Of a DNA stretch of 64,000 nt, positions 36,703-46,169 are shown piece after piece. The DNA is from Bacillota bacterium (GTDB lineage Bacteria; Bacillota_I; Bacilli_A; RF39; UBA660). The notes below the pieces were generated by a model. The model ran no database searches. It had not been told where the DNA came from and saw only the letters and a program-made list of their open reading frames with translations. The stretch covers positions 130,413 to 194,412 of the forward strand of contig SVAP01000001.1 in assembly GCA_015059335.1 (NCBI GenBank), given 5' to 3'. Positions within the stretch are counted from its first letter, which is position 1. Every line of letters begins with the position of its first letter. The translations under genes and the position numbers were made by a program.

Positions 36703-39519
36703 ATGGATAAAATTATTATAAAAGGTGCGCGTGAAAATAATCTAAAAAATATAGATTTAGAAATACCAAAGAATAAACTTATTGTTATGACTGGTGTAAG
36801 TGGTAGTGGGAAATCTTCTTTAGCGTTCGATACTATTTATGCAGAAGGTCAAAGAAGATATGTAGAAAGTTTATCAGCATATGCTAGACAATTTTTAGGT
36901 GGAAGTAGTAAACCCGATGTAGATTCAATTGAAGGATTAAGTCCATCTATTTCAATTGATCAAAAAACTACTAATAATAATCCAAGATCAACAGTTGGAA
37001 CAGTGACTGAAATATATGATTATTTAAGATTACTTTATGCAAGAATAGGTGTTCCATATTGTCCTAATCATAATATACCAATAAGTAGTCAATCAATTGA
37101 AGAAATGACTATACAAATTATGAATGAAGAAGATGGTACTAAACTTATTATTATGTCGCCAGTTGTGTATGGTTCTAAAGGAACTCATAATGAATTATTA
37201 GATAAATTAAGAAAAGATGGTTTTGTTAGAGCAAAAATAGACGGCGAAATAATTGATTTAAGCGAAGAAATAAAATTAGATAAGAATAAAAAACATAATA
37301 TTTTAGTAGTAATAGATAGAATTATTAAGAAAGATGAAGTAAGAAGTAGAATATATGAAGCATTAGAACTTGCATGTAAATTATCACATGGTAAAGCAGT
37401 AGTAGAAATACCGGGTCGTGAAGAAATAGTTATGAGTGAAGCATTTGCGTGTCCACATTGTGATTTTTCATTAGAAGAATTAGAACCTAGAATGTTTAGT
37501 TTTAATGCTCCATATGGTTCATGTCCGGATTGTAAAGGATTAGGATTCAAATTAAAGATAAGTGAAGCGTTAATTATTCCTGATAAAGAAAAAACTTTGA
37601 TTAATGGTGGTATAGAACCATTAAGTGGTATGGATGAATTTAATATTTATATCAAAAAATTAGAAATAGTATGTAATAAATATAATATTGATATGAATAA
37701 AAAAATGAAAGACTTAACTAGAAAAGAATTAGATATTATATTATATGGTACAAAAGAAAATATTGAATTTGATTTTAAAACAAGAAGTGGAAACCATATG
37801 CACAGTGTTGAACCATATGAAGGAATATCTAATAATTTAGAAAGAAGATATTTAGAAACTAATAGCGAATTTATTAGAGAATGGCTAGATAAATACATGG
37901 TTGAACATACATGTGATACTTGTGATGGTAAGAGATTAAAACGTAGTGTATTATCTGTACTAATTGACAAAAAGAATATTATTGATTTGACAGATATGAA
38001 TATTAAAAAATTATATGATTTCTTTGATAAATTAAAACTTAGTAAAGAAAAAGAAGAAATCGCAAAATTATTAATTAAAGAAATAAAATCACGATTAGAA
38101 TTTTTAATAAATGTTGGATTAAATTATTTAACACTTAGCCGTAGTGCGGGTACTTTATCAGGTGGAGAAGCACAAAGAATTAGACTTGCTACACAAATTG
38201 GTTCTAGATTAACAGGTGTTTTATATGTGTTAGATGAACCAAGTATTGGATTACATCAAAGAGATAATCAAAGATTAATTAATTCATTATTAAAAATGAG
38301 AGATTTAGGTAATACACTAGTAGTTGTAGAACACGATACTGATACAATGTTACAAGCTGACTATTTAGTAGATATTGGACCAGGAGCAGGTGAACATGGT
38401 GGAAATATTGTGGCCTTTGGAACACCAGATGAAGTAATTTCTAACACAGACAGTATCACAGGTAATTATTTAAGTGGTAGAGAAAAAATAGAGATACCTA
38501 AAATAAGACGTAAAGGTAATGGTAAATTTATAGAAATTAAAGGTGCATCTGAAAATAATTTAAAAAATATTAATGTTAAAATACCACTTGGAAAACTAGT
38601 TTTAGTAACTGGTGTATCTGGTAGTGGTAAAAGTAGTTTAATTAATGAAATATTATATAAATCTTTAGCGCTTAACATATATGGTTCAAAAGTTATACCG
38701 GGTAAATGTAAAATGATAAAAGGAATGGAAAATATTGACAAAGTTATTGATATTTCACAAGATCCTATTGGTAGAACCCCTAGAAGTAATCCAGCAACAT
38801 ATGTAGGTGTATTTGATGATATAAGAGATGTGTTCACACAGACTAAAGAAGCTAAAATACGTGGTTATGAAAAAGGAAGATTTTCATTTAATGTTAAAGG
38901 TGGAAGATGTGAAGCCTGTTGGGGTGATGGAGTTAAGAAAATATCTATGAACTTCTTACCAGATGTATATGTTCCTTGTGAAGTGTGTAAAGGAACTAGA
39001 TTTAATAAAGAAACACTTGAAGTAAAATATAAAGATAAAAATATACATGATGTATTGCAAATGAGAGTGGAAGAGGCATTAAACTTCTTTGAAAATCATC
39101 CTAAAATAAAAAGAAAATTACAAGTTTTGATGGACGTTGGATTAGGTTACATAAAACTAGGACAATCCGCACCTACCTTATCAGGAGGGGAAGCAGCGCG
39201 TGTAAAACTAGCTAAAGAATTACAAAAGAAACCTACTGGTAAAACTTTATTTATATTAGATGAACCTACAACTGGACTTCATACACATGATATTAAAAAA
39301 CTTTTAAAAATACTTGATAGAATAGTTGAAAATGGTGACACTGTTTTAGTTATTGAACATAACTTAGATGTTATAAAAGTAGCTGATCACATCATAGATT
39401 TAGGTCCAGAAGGCGGAGATATGGGCGGTACTATAATTGGATGTGGTACACCAGAAGAAATTGCTAAAATGGAAGAAAGTTACACTGGACAATTTTTAAG
39501 AAGAGAATTGGAAAAATAA
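36703..39519 (+). CDS. uvrA: excinuclease ABC subunit A
   Basis: Two ABC modules (GVSGSGKSSL twice, LSGGEAQR/LSGGEAAR) and zinc fingers. Confidence 0.95.
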   Translation: MDKIIIKGARENNLKNIDLEIPKNKLIVMTGVSGSGKSSLAFDTIYAEGQRRYVESLSAYARQFLGGSSKPDVDSIEGLSPSISIDQKTTNNNPRSTVGTVTEIYDYLRLLYARIGVPYCPNHNIPISSQSIEEMTIQIMNEEDGTKLIIMSPVVYGSKGTHNELLDKLRKDGFVRAKIDGEIIDLSEEIKLDKNKKHNILVVIDRIIKKDEVRSRIYEALELACKLSHGKAVVEIPGREEIVMSEAFACPHCDFSLEELEPRMFSFNAPYGSCPDCKGLGFKLKISEALIIPDKEKTLINGGIEPLSGMDEFNIYIKKLEIVCNKYNIDMNKKMKDLTRKELDIILYGTKENIEFDFKTRSGNHMHSVEPYEGISNNLERRYLETNSEFIREWLDKYMVEHTCDTCDGKRLKRSVLSVLIDKKNIIDLTDMNIKKLYDFFDKLKLSKEKEEIAKLLIKEIKSRLEFLINVGLNYLTLSRSAGTLSGGEAQRIRLATQIGSRLTGVLYVLDEPSIGLHQRDNQRLINSLLKMRDLGNTLVVVEHDTDTMLQADYLVDIGPGAGEHGGNIVAFGTPDEVISNTDSITGNYLSGREKIEIPKIRRKGNGKFIEIKGASENNLKNINVKIPLGKLVLVTGVSGSGKSSLINEILYKSLALNIYGSKVIPGKCKMIKGMENIDKVIDISQDPIGRTPRSNPATYVGVFDDIRDVFTQTKEAKIRGYEKGRFSFNVKGGRCEACWGDGVKKISMNFLPDVYVPCEVCKGTRFNKETLEVKYKDKNIHDVLQMRVEEALNFFENHPKIKRKLQVLMDVGLGYIKLGQSAPTLSGGEAARVKLAKELQKKPTGKTLFILDEPTTGLHTHDIKKLLKILDRIVENGDTVLVIEHNLDVIKVADHIIDLGPEGGDMGGTIIGCGTPEEIAKMEESYTGQFLRRELEK

Positions 39520-39549
39520 CACACATGTATTATATTTGTGTGTTTTTTA
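39519..39549 (+). terminator. intrinsic terminator after uvrA
   Basis: ACACACA / TGTGTGT stem plus T-run. Confidence 0.7.
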
Positions 39550-39588
39550 TAAATTAAAACTATGCTATAATTATAATGAGGTGATAGT

Positions 39589-40062
39589 ATGGACTTGGAC
39601 TTTAAATTAAATAATTTTAGATTTAATTCAAGAGTATCTGCTATTATTTATAACAAAGATAAATCTAAAGTTCTGTTATTTAAAGTAGAAGATGGAAGAG
39701 ATTACTTTTTATTACCAGGCGGAAGAATTGGTATAAATGAAGATAGTAAAAGTGCTATCATAAGAGAAATAAAAGAAGAATTGGATTTTGATTTGGATTT
39801 TGAATTGTGCTCTATTCAGGAAAACTTTGTTAAAAAAGGTAATATAGATATTATGCAGTATTGTTTTTGTTACAAGACCATATATAATGAGAAAATAGAT
39901 AAAAATGAATTCAAGAGCCTAGACAATGATGGACAAACTTTTCATTGGACAAATATTGATGAATTGGATAATATAAAATTATTGCCAAAAGCTTGTAAAA
40001 ATTTAATACAGAAATCTAATTTATCGCTTAAACATATTATTGAAAAAAATAGAGATTTATAG
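39589..40062 (+). CDS. NUDIX hydrolase
   Basis: Nudix box GGRIGINEDSKSAIIREIKEELDF. Confidence 0.8.
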   Translation: MDLDFKLNNFRFNSRVSAIIYNKDKSKVLLFKVEDGRDYFLLPGGRIGINEDSKSAIIREIKEELDFDLDFELCSIQENFVKKGNIDIMQYCFCYKTIYNEKIDKNEFKSLDNDGQTFHWTNIDELDNIKLLPKACKNLIQKSNLSLKHIIEKNRDL

Positions 40063-40073
40063 GAGTGATAGGA

Positions 40074-40697
40074 ATGGGGACTACAATTTATTTGATTAGA
40101 CATTCTGAACCTTTTAAAGTTCACAGGGGAAGTGTTCGAACTAATGAAACAATTTTATTAGAAAATGAGAAATCACCATTAAGTATACAAGGCGAAAAAA
40201 TGGCAGAAGTATTTGCTACTATTGAGGAATTTAAAAATTTAAATTTAGTTTATTCTTCAAATTATGTAAGAGCAATGTCTACTGCAAAATATTTTGCTAG
40301 TATAAATGAATTAAAGGTTAATATTGATGATAGATTTAATGAGAGAATACATGGTGTTAATTCATGGGGTGAACTACCTAATAATTTTGAATCAAAACAA
40401 TTTGAAGATGAAAATTATAAACTAGGTTTCGGAGAATCACAAAAAGAAGTTCAAAATCGTATGTATGAGGTACTATGTGAAATAATAAATCAAAATCAAG
40501 GCAAAAGAATTGCAATAGTAACTCACTCAACAGCTATGGCATTTCTGCTAAAAAAATGGTGTAAAGTTTATTATAATAAAGAATACACATTTAGAAACAA
40601 AATTTTATTTGATGGAAAATGGAAATATCTAGAAACTTTTAAATTAACTTTCGATGAAAACAATGATCTTATATGTGTTGAAAATATCAAACAATAG
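40074..40697 (+). CDS. histidine phosphatase family protein
   Basis: IYLIRHSE catalytic RH motif and THS later; ATG 40074 behind AGGAG. Confidence 0.7.
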   Translation: MGTTIYLIRHSEPFKVHRGSVRTNETILLENEKSPLSIQGEKMAEVFATIEEFKNLNLVYSSNYVRAMSTAKYFASINELKVNIDDRFNERIHGVNSWGELPNNFESKQFEDENYKLGFGESQKEVQNRMYEVLCEIINQNQGKRIAIVTHSTAMAFLLKKWCKVYYNKEYTFRNKILFDGKWKYLETFKLTFDENNDLICVENIKQ

Positions 40698-40745
40698 TAA
40701 AAAAGTATATTATATACTTTTTTTGCTTTTTATGATATTATTTTA

Positions 40746-41180
40746 ATGGTGATAACAATGAGTAAGACTCAAAGTAAAAGCATTAGAACTGTAAACAGAT
40801 TTGTAGAGTGGTTAATACGTATGATTGGTTATGCATTAATATTAATTTGTATGTCTGTACTATTTCCAAAGTCGTTTTATATTAATAATGAATATCTTGG
40901 ATTATATGGATTACTTGTAGCAGTTATAATGTATTGGATTAATGAAACAATAAAACCAATGATAGTTTTATTTACACTTCCAATAACAGGATTAACACTA
41001 GGAATATTCTATCCATTTATAAATCTTTTAATGTTATATTTAGTATCGTTTTTATTAGGTCGTAATTTTGTAATACACGGATTGTGGATTCCATTACTAA
41101 TATCTATTTTAGTATCTATTATGAATATTATCCTAGACCACTTAATATTTAAACCAGTATTAGAAAGAGGTAAAAAATAA
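40746..41180 (+). CDS. DUF360 / phage holin family 4-like membrane protein
   Basis: Four TM helices with the NETIKPMIVLFTLPITGLTLG pattern typical of YvlD-like proteins. Confidence 0.6.
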   Translation: MVITMSKTQSKSIRTVNRFVEWLIRMIGYALILICMSVLFPKSFYINNEYLGLYGLLVAVIMYWINETIKPMIVLFTLPITGLTLGIFYPFINLLMLYLVSFLLGRNFVIHGLWIPLLISILVSIMNIILDHLIFKPVLERGKK

Positions 41181-41181
41181 A

Positions 41182-41997
41182 ATGAGTGATATATTTTTAG
41201 ATTTAGGTTTTTTTCAAATTAAATGGTATTCATTTTTAATATGCATCGCACTAATATTAGGAATTTTTCTAATTACTAAAGAAGCAAAAAGATTTAAAAT
41301 TAGTGATGATTTTATAACTAATTTAATATTCTGGACAGTAATTATAGGTTTCATTGGTGCGCGTATTTATTTTGTTATATTTAATTGGGATTATTATAGT
41401 ATACATACTGATGAAATATATAAAATTTGGGAAGGCGGAATCGCAATTCATGGTGGTATAATATTTGGATCACTCTTCATACTTTTATATACAAAAAAAT
41501 ATAAGGTGAAAACACTTAAGATATTTGATATAATAGCTCCTGCCTTATTACTAGCTCAAGCAATAGGTAGATGGGGTAATTTCTTTAATGGCGAAGCGCA
41601 TGGTCCAGTTACAACACTAGCTTTTCTTGAGAAACTTCATTTACCACAATTTATTATTGATGGTATGAACATAGGTGGGATATATTATCACCCAACATTT
41701 TTATATGAATCAATTTGGTGTTTAGTAGGTGTATTAATACTTCTAATTGTAAGAAGAATGAAATATACTAAAATAGGTAATATTGCTTCAATGTATCTTA
41801 TATGGTATTCTATAGGTAGATTCTTTATCGAAGGACTAAGAACTGATAGTTTAATGCTGGGTGATTTTAAAATCGCACAAATCATTTCTATAGTATTATT
41901 CTTTATAGGAATATTATTATTAATATTATCCAAGAAAAAATCAAAATTAGAAAACTTATATAATGAAGTAGAAGAACAAAAAAATATTAAATTCTAA
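41182..41997 (+). CDS. lgt: prolipoprotein diacylglyceryl transferase
   Basis: GRWGNFFNGEAHG signature. Confidence 0.9.
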   Translation: MSDIFLDLGFFQIKWYSFLICIALILGIFLITKEAKRFKISDDFITNLIFWTVIIGFIGARIYFVIFNWDYYSIHTDEIYKIWEGGIAIHGGIIFGSLFILLYTKKYKVKTLKIFDIIAPALLLAQAIGRWGNFFNGEAHGPVTTLAFLEKLHLPQFIIDGMNIGGIYYHPTFLYESIWCLVGVLILLIVRRMKYTKIGNIASMYLIWYSIGRFFIEGLRTDSLMLGDFKIAQIISIVLFFIGILLLILSKKKSKLENLYNEVEEQKNIKF

Positions 41998-42038
41998 AAA
42001 GTTAGATATTCTAACTTTTATTATTAGGGGATGATAGA

Positions 42039-42953
42039 ATGTATGATGTAATTATAATAGGTGCGGGTGTTGCTGGTATAAGTGCGGCAATATATGCTAA
42101 GAGAAGTAATTTAAATGTATTGATTCTTGAAAAGGAAAGTCCAGGTGGACAAGTAAATAAAACTGCTACAATAGAAAATTATCCTGGATTTACAAAAATA
42201 GAAGGTCCAGATTTTGCATTTAAATTATTCGAACAATTACAACAATTAAAAGTTGATTATAAAAGATTAGAAGTTAAAGAAATAAAAGATAATGGTGATT
42301 ATAAAACAATAATAACTAATAAGGATTCATATCAAGCAAAAACAGTAATTATCGCAACTGGTAGAGTACCTAGAAAACTTGGAAAAGAGAATGAAGATAA
42401 GTTATATGGTAGAGGAATAAGTTTTTGCTCAATCTGCGATGGTAAATTATACAAAGATAAACATATTGCAGTAATTGGTGGAGGTAATAGTGCAATAGAA
42501 GAAAGTCTTTACTTAAGTAGTCTTGCATCTGATTTGACATTAATACACAGAAATGAAAAATTAAGAGCAGATGAAACACTTATTAATGAGTTGAAAAATA
42601 AAGATAATGTAGAAATTCTATATAATACTGAAGTAGAAAAGTTTAATGAAAATAATAATGTATTAGATAGCATTGAAATCAAGGATACCCAAAACAGAAA
42701 TAACAATATATTAAAAGTTGATGGAGTATTTGTATTTATTGGTTATGAACCTGCAAGTGACTTTATCAAAAATCTAGGAATACTTAATGAAAATGGATAT
42801 GTTGTTGTTAACAATAAAATGGAAACTAAAATACCTGGTATATATGCTTGTGGAGATATAATAAAAAAAGATGTATATCAAATTGTAACAGCAGAGTCAG
42901 AAGGCGCAATAGCGGCAACGTTTGCAAAAAAATACATTGATAATAGTAATTAA
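42039..42953 (+). CDS. trxB: thioredoxin-disulfide reductase
   Basis: GAGVAG FAD site, CSICDG redox centre, GGGNSA NADPH site. Confidence 0.9.
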   Translation: MYDVIIIGAGVAGISAAIYAKRSNLNVLILEKESPGGQVNKTATIENYPGFTKIEGPDFAFKLFEQLQQLKVDYKRLEVKEIKDNGDYKTIITNKDSYQAKTVIIATGRVPRKLGKENEDKLYGRGISFCSICDGKLYKDKHIAVIGGGNSAIEESLYLSSLASDLTLIHRNEKLRADETLINELKNKDNVEILYNTEVEKFNENNNVLDSIEIKDTQNRNNNILKVDGVFVFIGYEPASDFIKNLGILNENGYVVVNNKMETKIPGIYACGDIIKKDVYQIVTAESEGAIAATFAKKYIDNSN

Positions 42954-42986
42954 ATAGATTATAATAAATACACAGGAGGAATTTTT

Positions 42987-43208
42987 GTGAAAGAAAAAAA
43001 TAACAAACAGAGAATGACAGTTTTAGCAAAAACGTGTAATAGACCATTTGTAGTAGCACCTGAAAAAGCAGAAGAATTTAACAATTTAAAACCAAATCTT
43101 GAAGTTTTGAAGAAAAACGAAGAAATGTTAAAAAGAGCAACAAATATTAAAGTGTGTATAGAACCAATAAAACCTAAAACATTAAATATATCGTTGAAAA
43201 AAAGATAA
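42987..43208 (+). CDS. hypothetical small basic protein (GTG start)
   Basis: 73-aa ORF behind GGAGGA. Confidence 0.4.
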   Translation: MKEKNNKQRMTVLAKTCNRPFVVAPEKAEEFNNLKPNLEVLKKNEEMLKRATNIKVCIEPIKPKTLNISLKKR

Positions 43209-43508
43209 TTTTATACTAAGTTATGGAAACATGAATAAAATAAAAAAGGATACATTTGATTGCGCTAATCAGATGTAATCCCTTATTGGATAGTCATCTG
43301 AAATCAACAGTTGTTGAGATCAGATGTTTTTATTATCTATATAATAATGTTATTACTATAAAAAAATAATAGTAGAATTATAAAAAACAAAGATTTTTAT
43401 CTATATAATATAGTTAATTTTGTGAAAATATTTTTAATATATAAAATCAAATAATTCACAACTTAACTTATAAATGATATAATAATATTAGGAAAAGGAG
43501 ATGTACTT

Positions 43509-44816
43509 ATGTCAAAATATTATTTTGTAGGAATTAAAGGATCAGGAATGAGTTCGTTAGCTCAAGTATTGCATGACCTAGGAAATGAAGTAATTGGTTA
43601 TGATGACAATACTCATCATGCATATACACAAATAGAATTAGAAAAAAGAAATATTAAAATATATTATGAAACACCAGAATTATCTAATGATACAATTGTT
43701 GTTAGAACTTCTGCAGTAAGAGATACACATAAAGAAATTATTAATGCCAAAGAATTAGGTTTAGAAATTAAACAATACTATGAATTATTAGGTGGATTAA
43801 CTGATAAATATAGAACAATAGCTATATCTGGTTGTCATGGTAAAACTACTACTACAGCTTTATTATCACATATATTTTCAAATACAGTAGGATGTAGTTA
43901 TATTATAGGTGATGGGACAGGCGTTGCCAACAAAAATAGTGATTTATTCTTTATAGAAGCATGTGAATATTGTAGACACTTTCTTAATTATCATCCAACA
44001 TATACAATAATTACAAATTTGGAATTAGATCATGTGGATTACTATAAAGATTTTGAAGATTATAAAAGTGCTTACCAAGCATTTGCTGACCAAACAAAGA
44101 AAACAATTATTGCTTGGGGAGATAGTGAAGATATAAGAAGTTTAAATTTAAAAGATAAATTATATTATGGATTTAATGAAGATAATGATGTTATATGTAA
44201 AAATTTACAATTAAAAGAAACAGGTTCAGAATTTGATGTTTATATTAAAGGTGAATATTATGACCACTTTGACTTACCACTACTTGGTGAACATATGGTT
44301 TTAAATGCTTTAGCAGTTATCACTATCTGTTATTTAGAAAACTTAGATTCTGATAAGGTTAAAGAACAAATTCATACATTTAAAGGCGCAAAAAGAAGAT
44401 TTCAAGAAACATTCATTGGAGATGTTGTAACTGTAGATGATTATGCACATCATCCAACAGAAGTTGCCGCAACAATTAAAGCAGCTCGTCAAAAATATCC
44501 AAATAAGGAAGTTGTCGCAATATTTAAGCCTAATACATATTCTAGAACTAAAGAATTATATAAAGACTTTATTAGTGCTTTAAATTTAGCTGATAAAGCA
44601 TATGTTACAGATATTACATGTGATAGGGAGTTACCTGAAGAATTTCCAGGTGTTACATCTGATTTGATTATAAATGAACTTGAAAATGGAGAACACATTG
44701 GTGATGATACAATTGATAAATTATTAAAACATAACAATGCAGTATTGTTATTCATGAGTTGTAAAGATATTTACACAATGAAAGGTAATTTTGAAGAACT
44801 ACTTAAGGGTAAATAA
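43509..44816 (+). CDS. murC: UDP-N-acetylmuramate--L-alanine ligase
   Basis: GIKGSGMSSLA and GCHGKTTTT motifs; Mur ligase architecture. Confidence 0.9.
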   Translation: MSKYYFVGIKGSGMSSLAQVLHDLGNEVIGYDDNTHHAYTQIELEKRNIKIYYETPELSNDTIVVRTSAVRDTHKEIINAKELGLEIKQYYELLGGLTDKYRTIAISGCHGKTTTTALLSHIFSNTVGCSYIIGDGTGVANKNSDLFFIEACEYCRHFLNYHPTYTIITNLELDHVDYYKDFEDYKSAYQAFADQTKKTIIAWGDSEDIRSLNLKDKLYYGFNEDNDVICKNLQLKETGSEFDVYIKGEYYDHFDLPLLGEHMVLNALAVITICYLENLDSDKVKEQIHTFKGAKRRFQETFIGDVVTVDDYAHHPTEVAATIKAARQKYPNKEVVAIFKPNTYSRTKELYKDFISALNLADKAYVTDITCDRELPEEFPGVTSDLIINELENGEHIGDDTIDKLLKHNNAVLLFMSCKDIYTMKGNFEELLKGK

Positions 44817-44819
44817 TTA

Positions 44820-45359
44820 ATGATAATTGAAACAATAAAAGTAGGGAGTTTAGAAACAAATTGTTATTTAGTAATAAATAACAATAAATGTATAATTGTA
44901 GACCCTGGGGATGATAAAGATAAAATTATTAGTAAAATAGATAGTCTTAATCTAACACCAATCGCAATATTTATTACACATTATCATTTTGACCATATTG
45001 GAGCACTTAATGATATTAAAAATAAATATAATATAAAAGTTTATGATTATAATGATTATGAAGATGATAATAAATTATATAATATTGATAATTTTAATTT
45101 TAAAATCATCGAAACAAAAGGTCATAAAGAAGATTTAGTTACATTTTATTTTCCAAATGAAAATATTATGTTTGTTGGTGATTTTATATTTAAAGGTAAC
45201 ATTGGTAGGTGTGATTTAGATGGTGGAAACTTTAATAAAATGATAGAAAGTATTAAAAAAATTAAAAAATATCCAAAAGATACAATAATATACCCTGGAC
45301 ATGGAGAATCCACAACACTAAATTATGAAACAAAATATAATATATACTTTAATATATAA
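44820..45359 (+). CDS. MBL-fold metallo-hydrolase
   Basis: THYHFDHIG motif. Confidence 0.8.
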   Translation: MIIETIKVGSLETNCYLVINNNKCIIVDPGDDKDKIISKIDSLNLTPIAIFITHYHFDHIGALNDIKNKYNIKVYDYNDYEDDNKLYNIDNFNFKIIETKGHKEDLVTFYFPNENIMFVGDFIFKGNIGRCDLDGGNFNKMIESIKKIKKYPKDTIIYPGHGESTTLNYETKYNIYFNI

Positions 45360-45377
45360 CAATTTAGGAGGATATGG

Positions 45378-45896
45378 ATGAAAAAAGAATATTTAAATAA
45401 AAAAGAATTAGAAGACAAACTAAAATTAACAAAAGCAAAATATCACAGATTAGATGAAATTAGTAATAGTATTTCAATAGTTTGTAGAGGTGTTGTAATT
45501 TCTTCAGCTATACTTATGATTCTAAGTGCAATGTTTATACAGCATGTACATTTGGGTTTAGCGATAGCGTTTTTAACATCAATTTGTGCAATTCCGATAT
45601 CAGAAAAATGTTTTAATAAAAAGAAAGATAATGTAAGAAAAGAATATCTAAATGTTAAAAGTCAATTAGAGGATAATATTTCAATGGATTTTGAGAAGAA
45701 AAGATATGAGTTAGAAAAAAAATTTGATGGACCAAAAACTCAATTAGAACTAATTAAAAATATAATCCTTGAAAAAGAATTATTAGAAAGATATAAAAAA
45801 GAATTAAATAAATACCAAATTAATAGGGTAGATAATGAATTGAAAAATGAAATTAATACTAGAAATTATACATTACAAAAATTATCTAACAAATAA
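45378..45896 (+). CDS. hypothetical membrane protein
   Basis: 172-aa ORF behind AGGAGG, with two TM helices and coiled-coil flanks. Confidence 0.5.
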   Translation: MKKEYLNKKELEDKLKLTKAKYHRLDEISNSISIVCRGVVISSAILMILSAMFIQHVHLGLAIAFLTSICAIPISEKCFNKKKDNVRKEYLNVKSQLEDNISMDFEKKRYELEKKFDGPKTQLELIKNIILEKELLERYKKELNKYQINRVDNELKNEINTRNYTLQKLSNK

Positions 45897-46040
45897 AAGT
45901 TTTTCACAATTTTGTGGAAAACTTTTTTACAATTAAAAAGAGATTTATCTAACATTTGGACAGTAGCAATTATGAGTAAACATAAATTTGCTTGTTAAAT
46001 AAATCTCTATAAATAGTATAACATTAAGTTAGCCAAATGT

Positions 46041-46071
46041 AAACTAAATTTTGTTAAAATTTAGTTTTTTG
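46041..46071 (+). terminator. intrinsic terminator in the 45.9-46.2 kb intergenic region
   Basis: AAACTAAATT / AATTTAGTTT stem plus T-run. Confidence 0.55.
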
Positions 46072-46169
46072 ATAATAATTATATTTTAATTTTTAAATTC
46101 TTTCTAAATCTTGTCTCAAATTTTAAAAAATATTATAATTAAATAGTACAACATTAGAGGAGGATAACA

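Noticed and set aside
37185-38837. Minus-strand ORFs inside uvrA (37185..37550, 37647..37970, 38466..38837)
   Set aside because: Antisense shadow ORFs within a highly conserved gene; there are no start signals.
42370-43059. Three short minus-strand ORFs across trxB
   Set aside because: Shadow frames opposite a gene with intact FAD/NADPH/CxxC motifs.
43240-43335. Riboswitch or T-box leader upstream of murC
   Set aside because: Only a terminator-like hairpin (CATCTGA..TCAGATG plus T-run) with a possible alternative pairing is present. There is no T-box or other riboswitch consensus, it lies 180 nt before murC, and it is most simply the terminator of 42987..43208.
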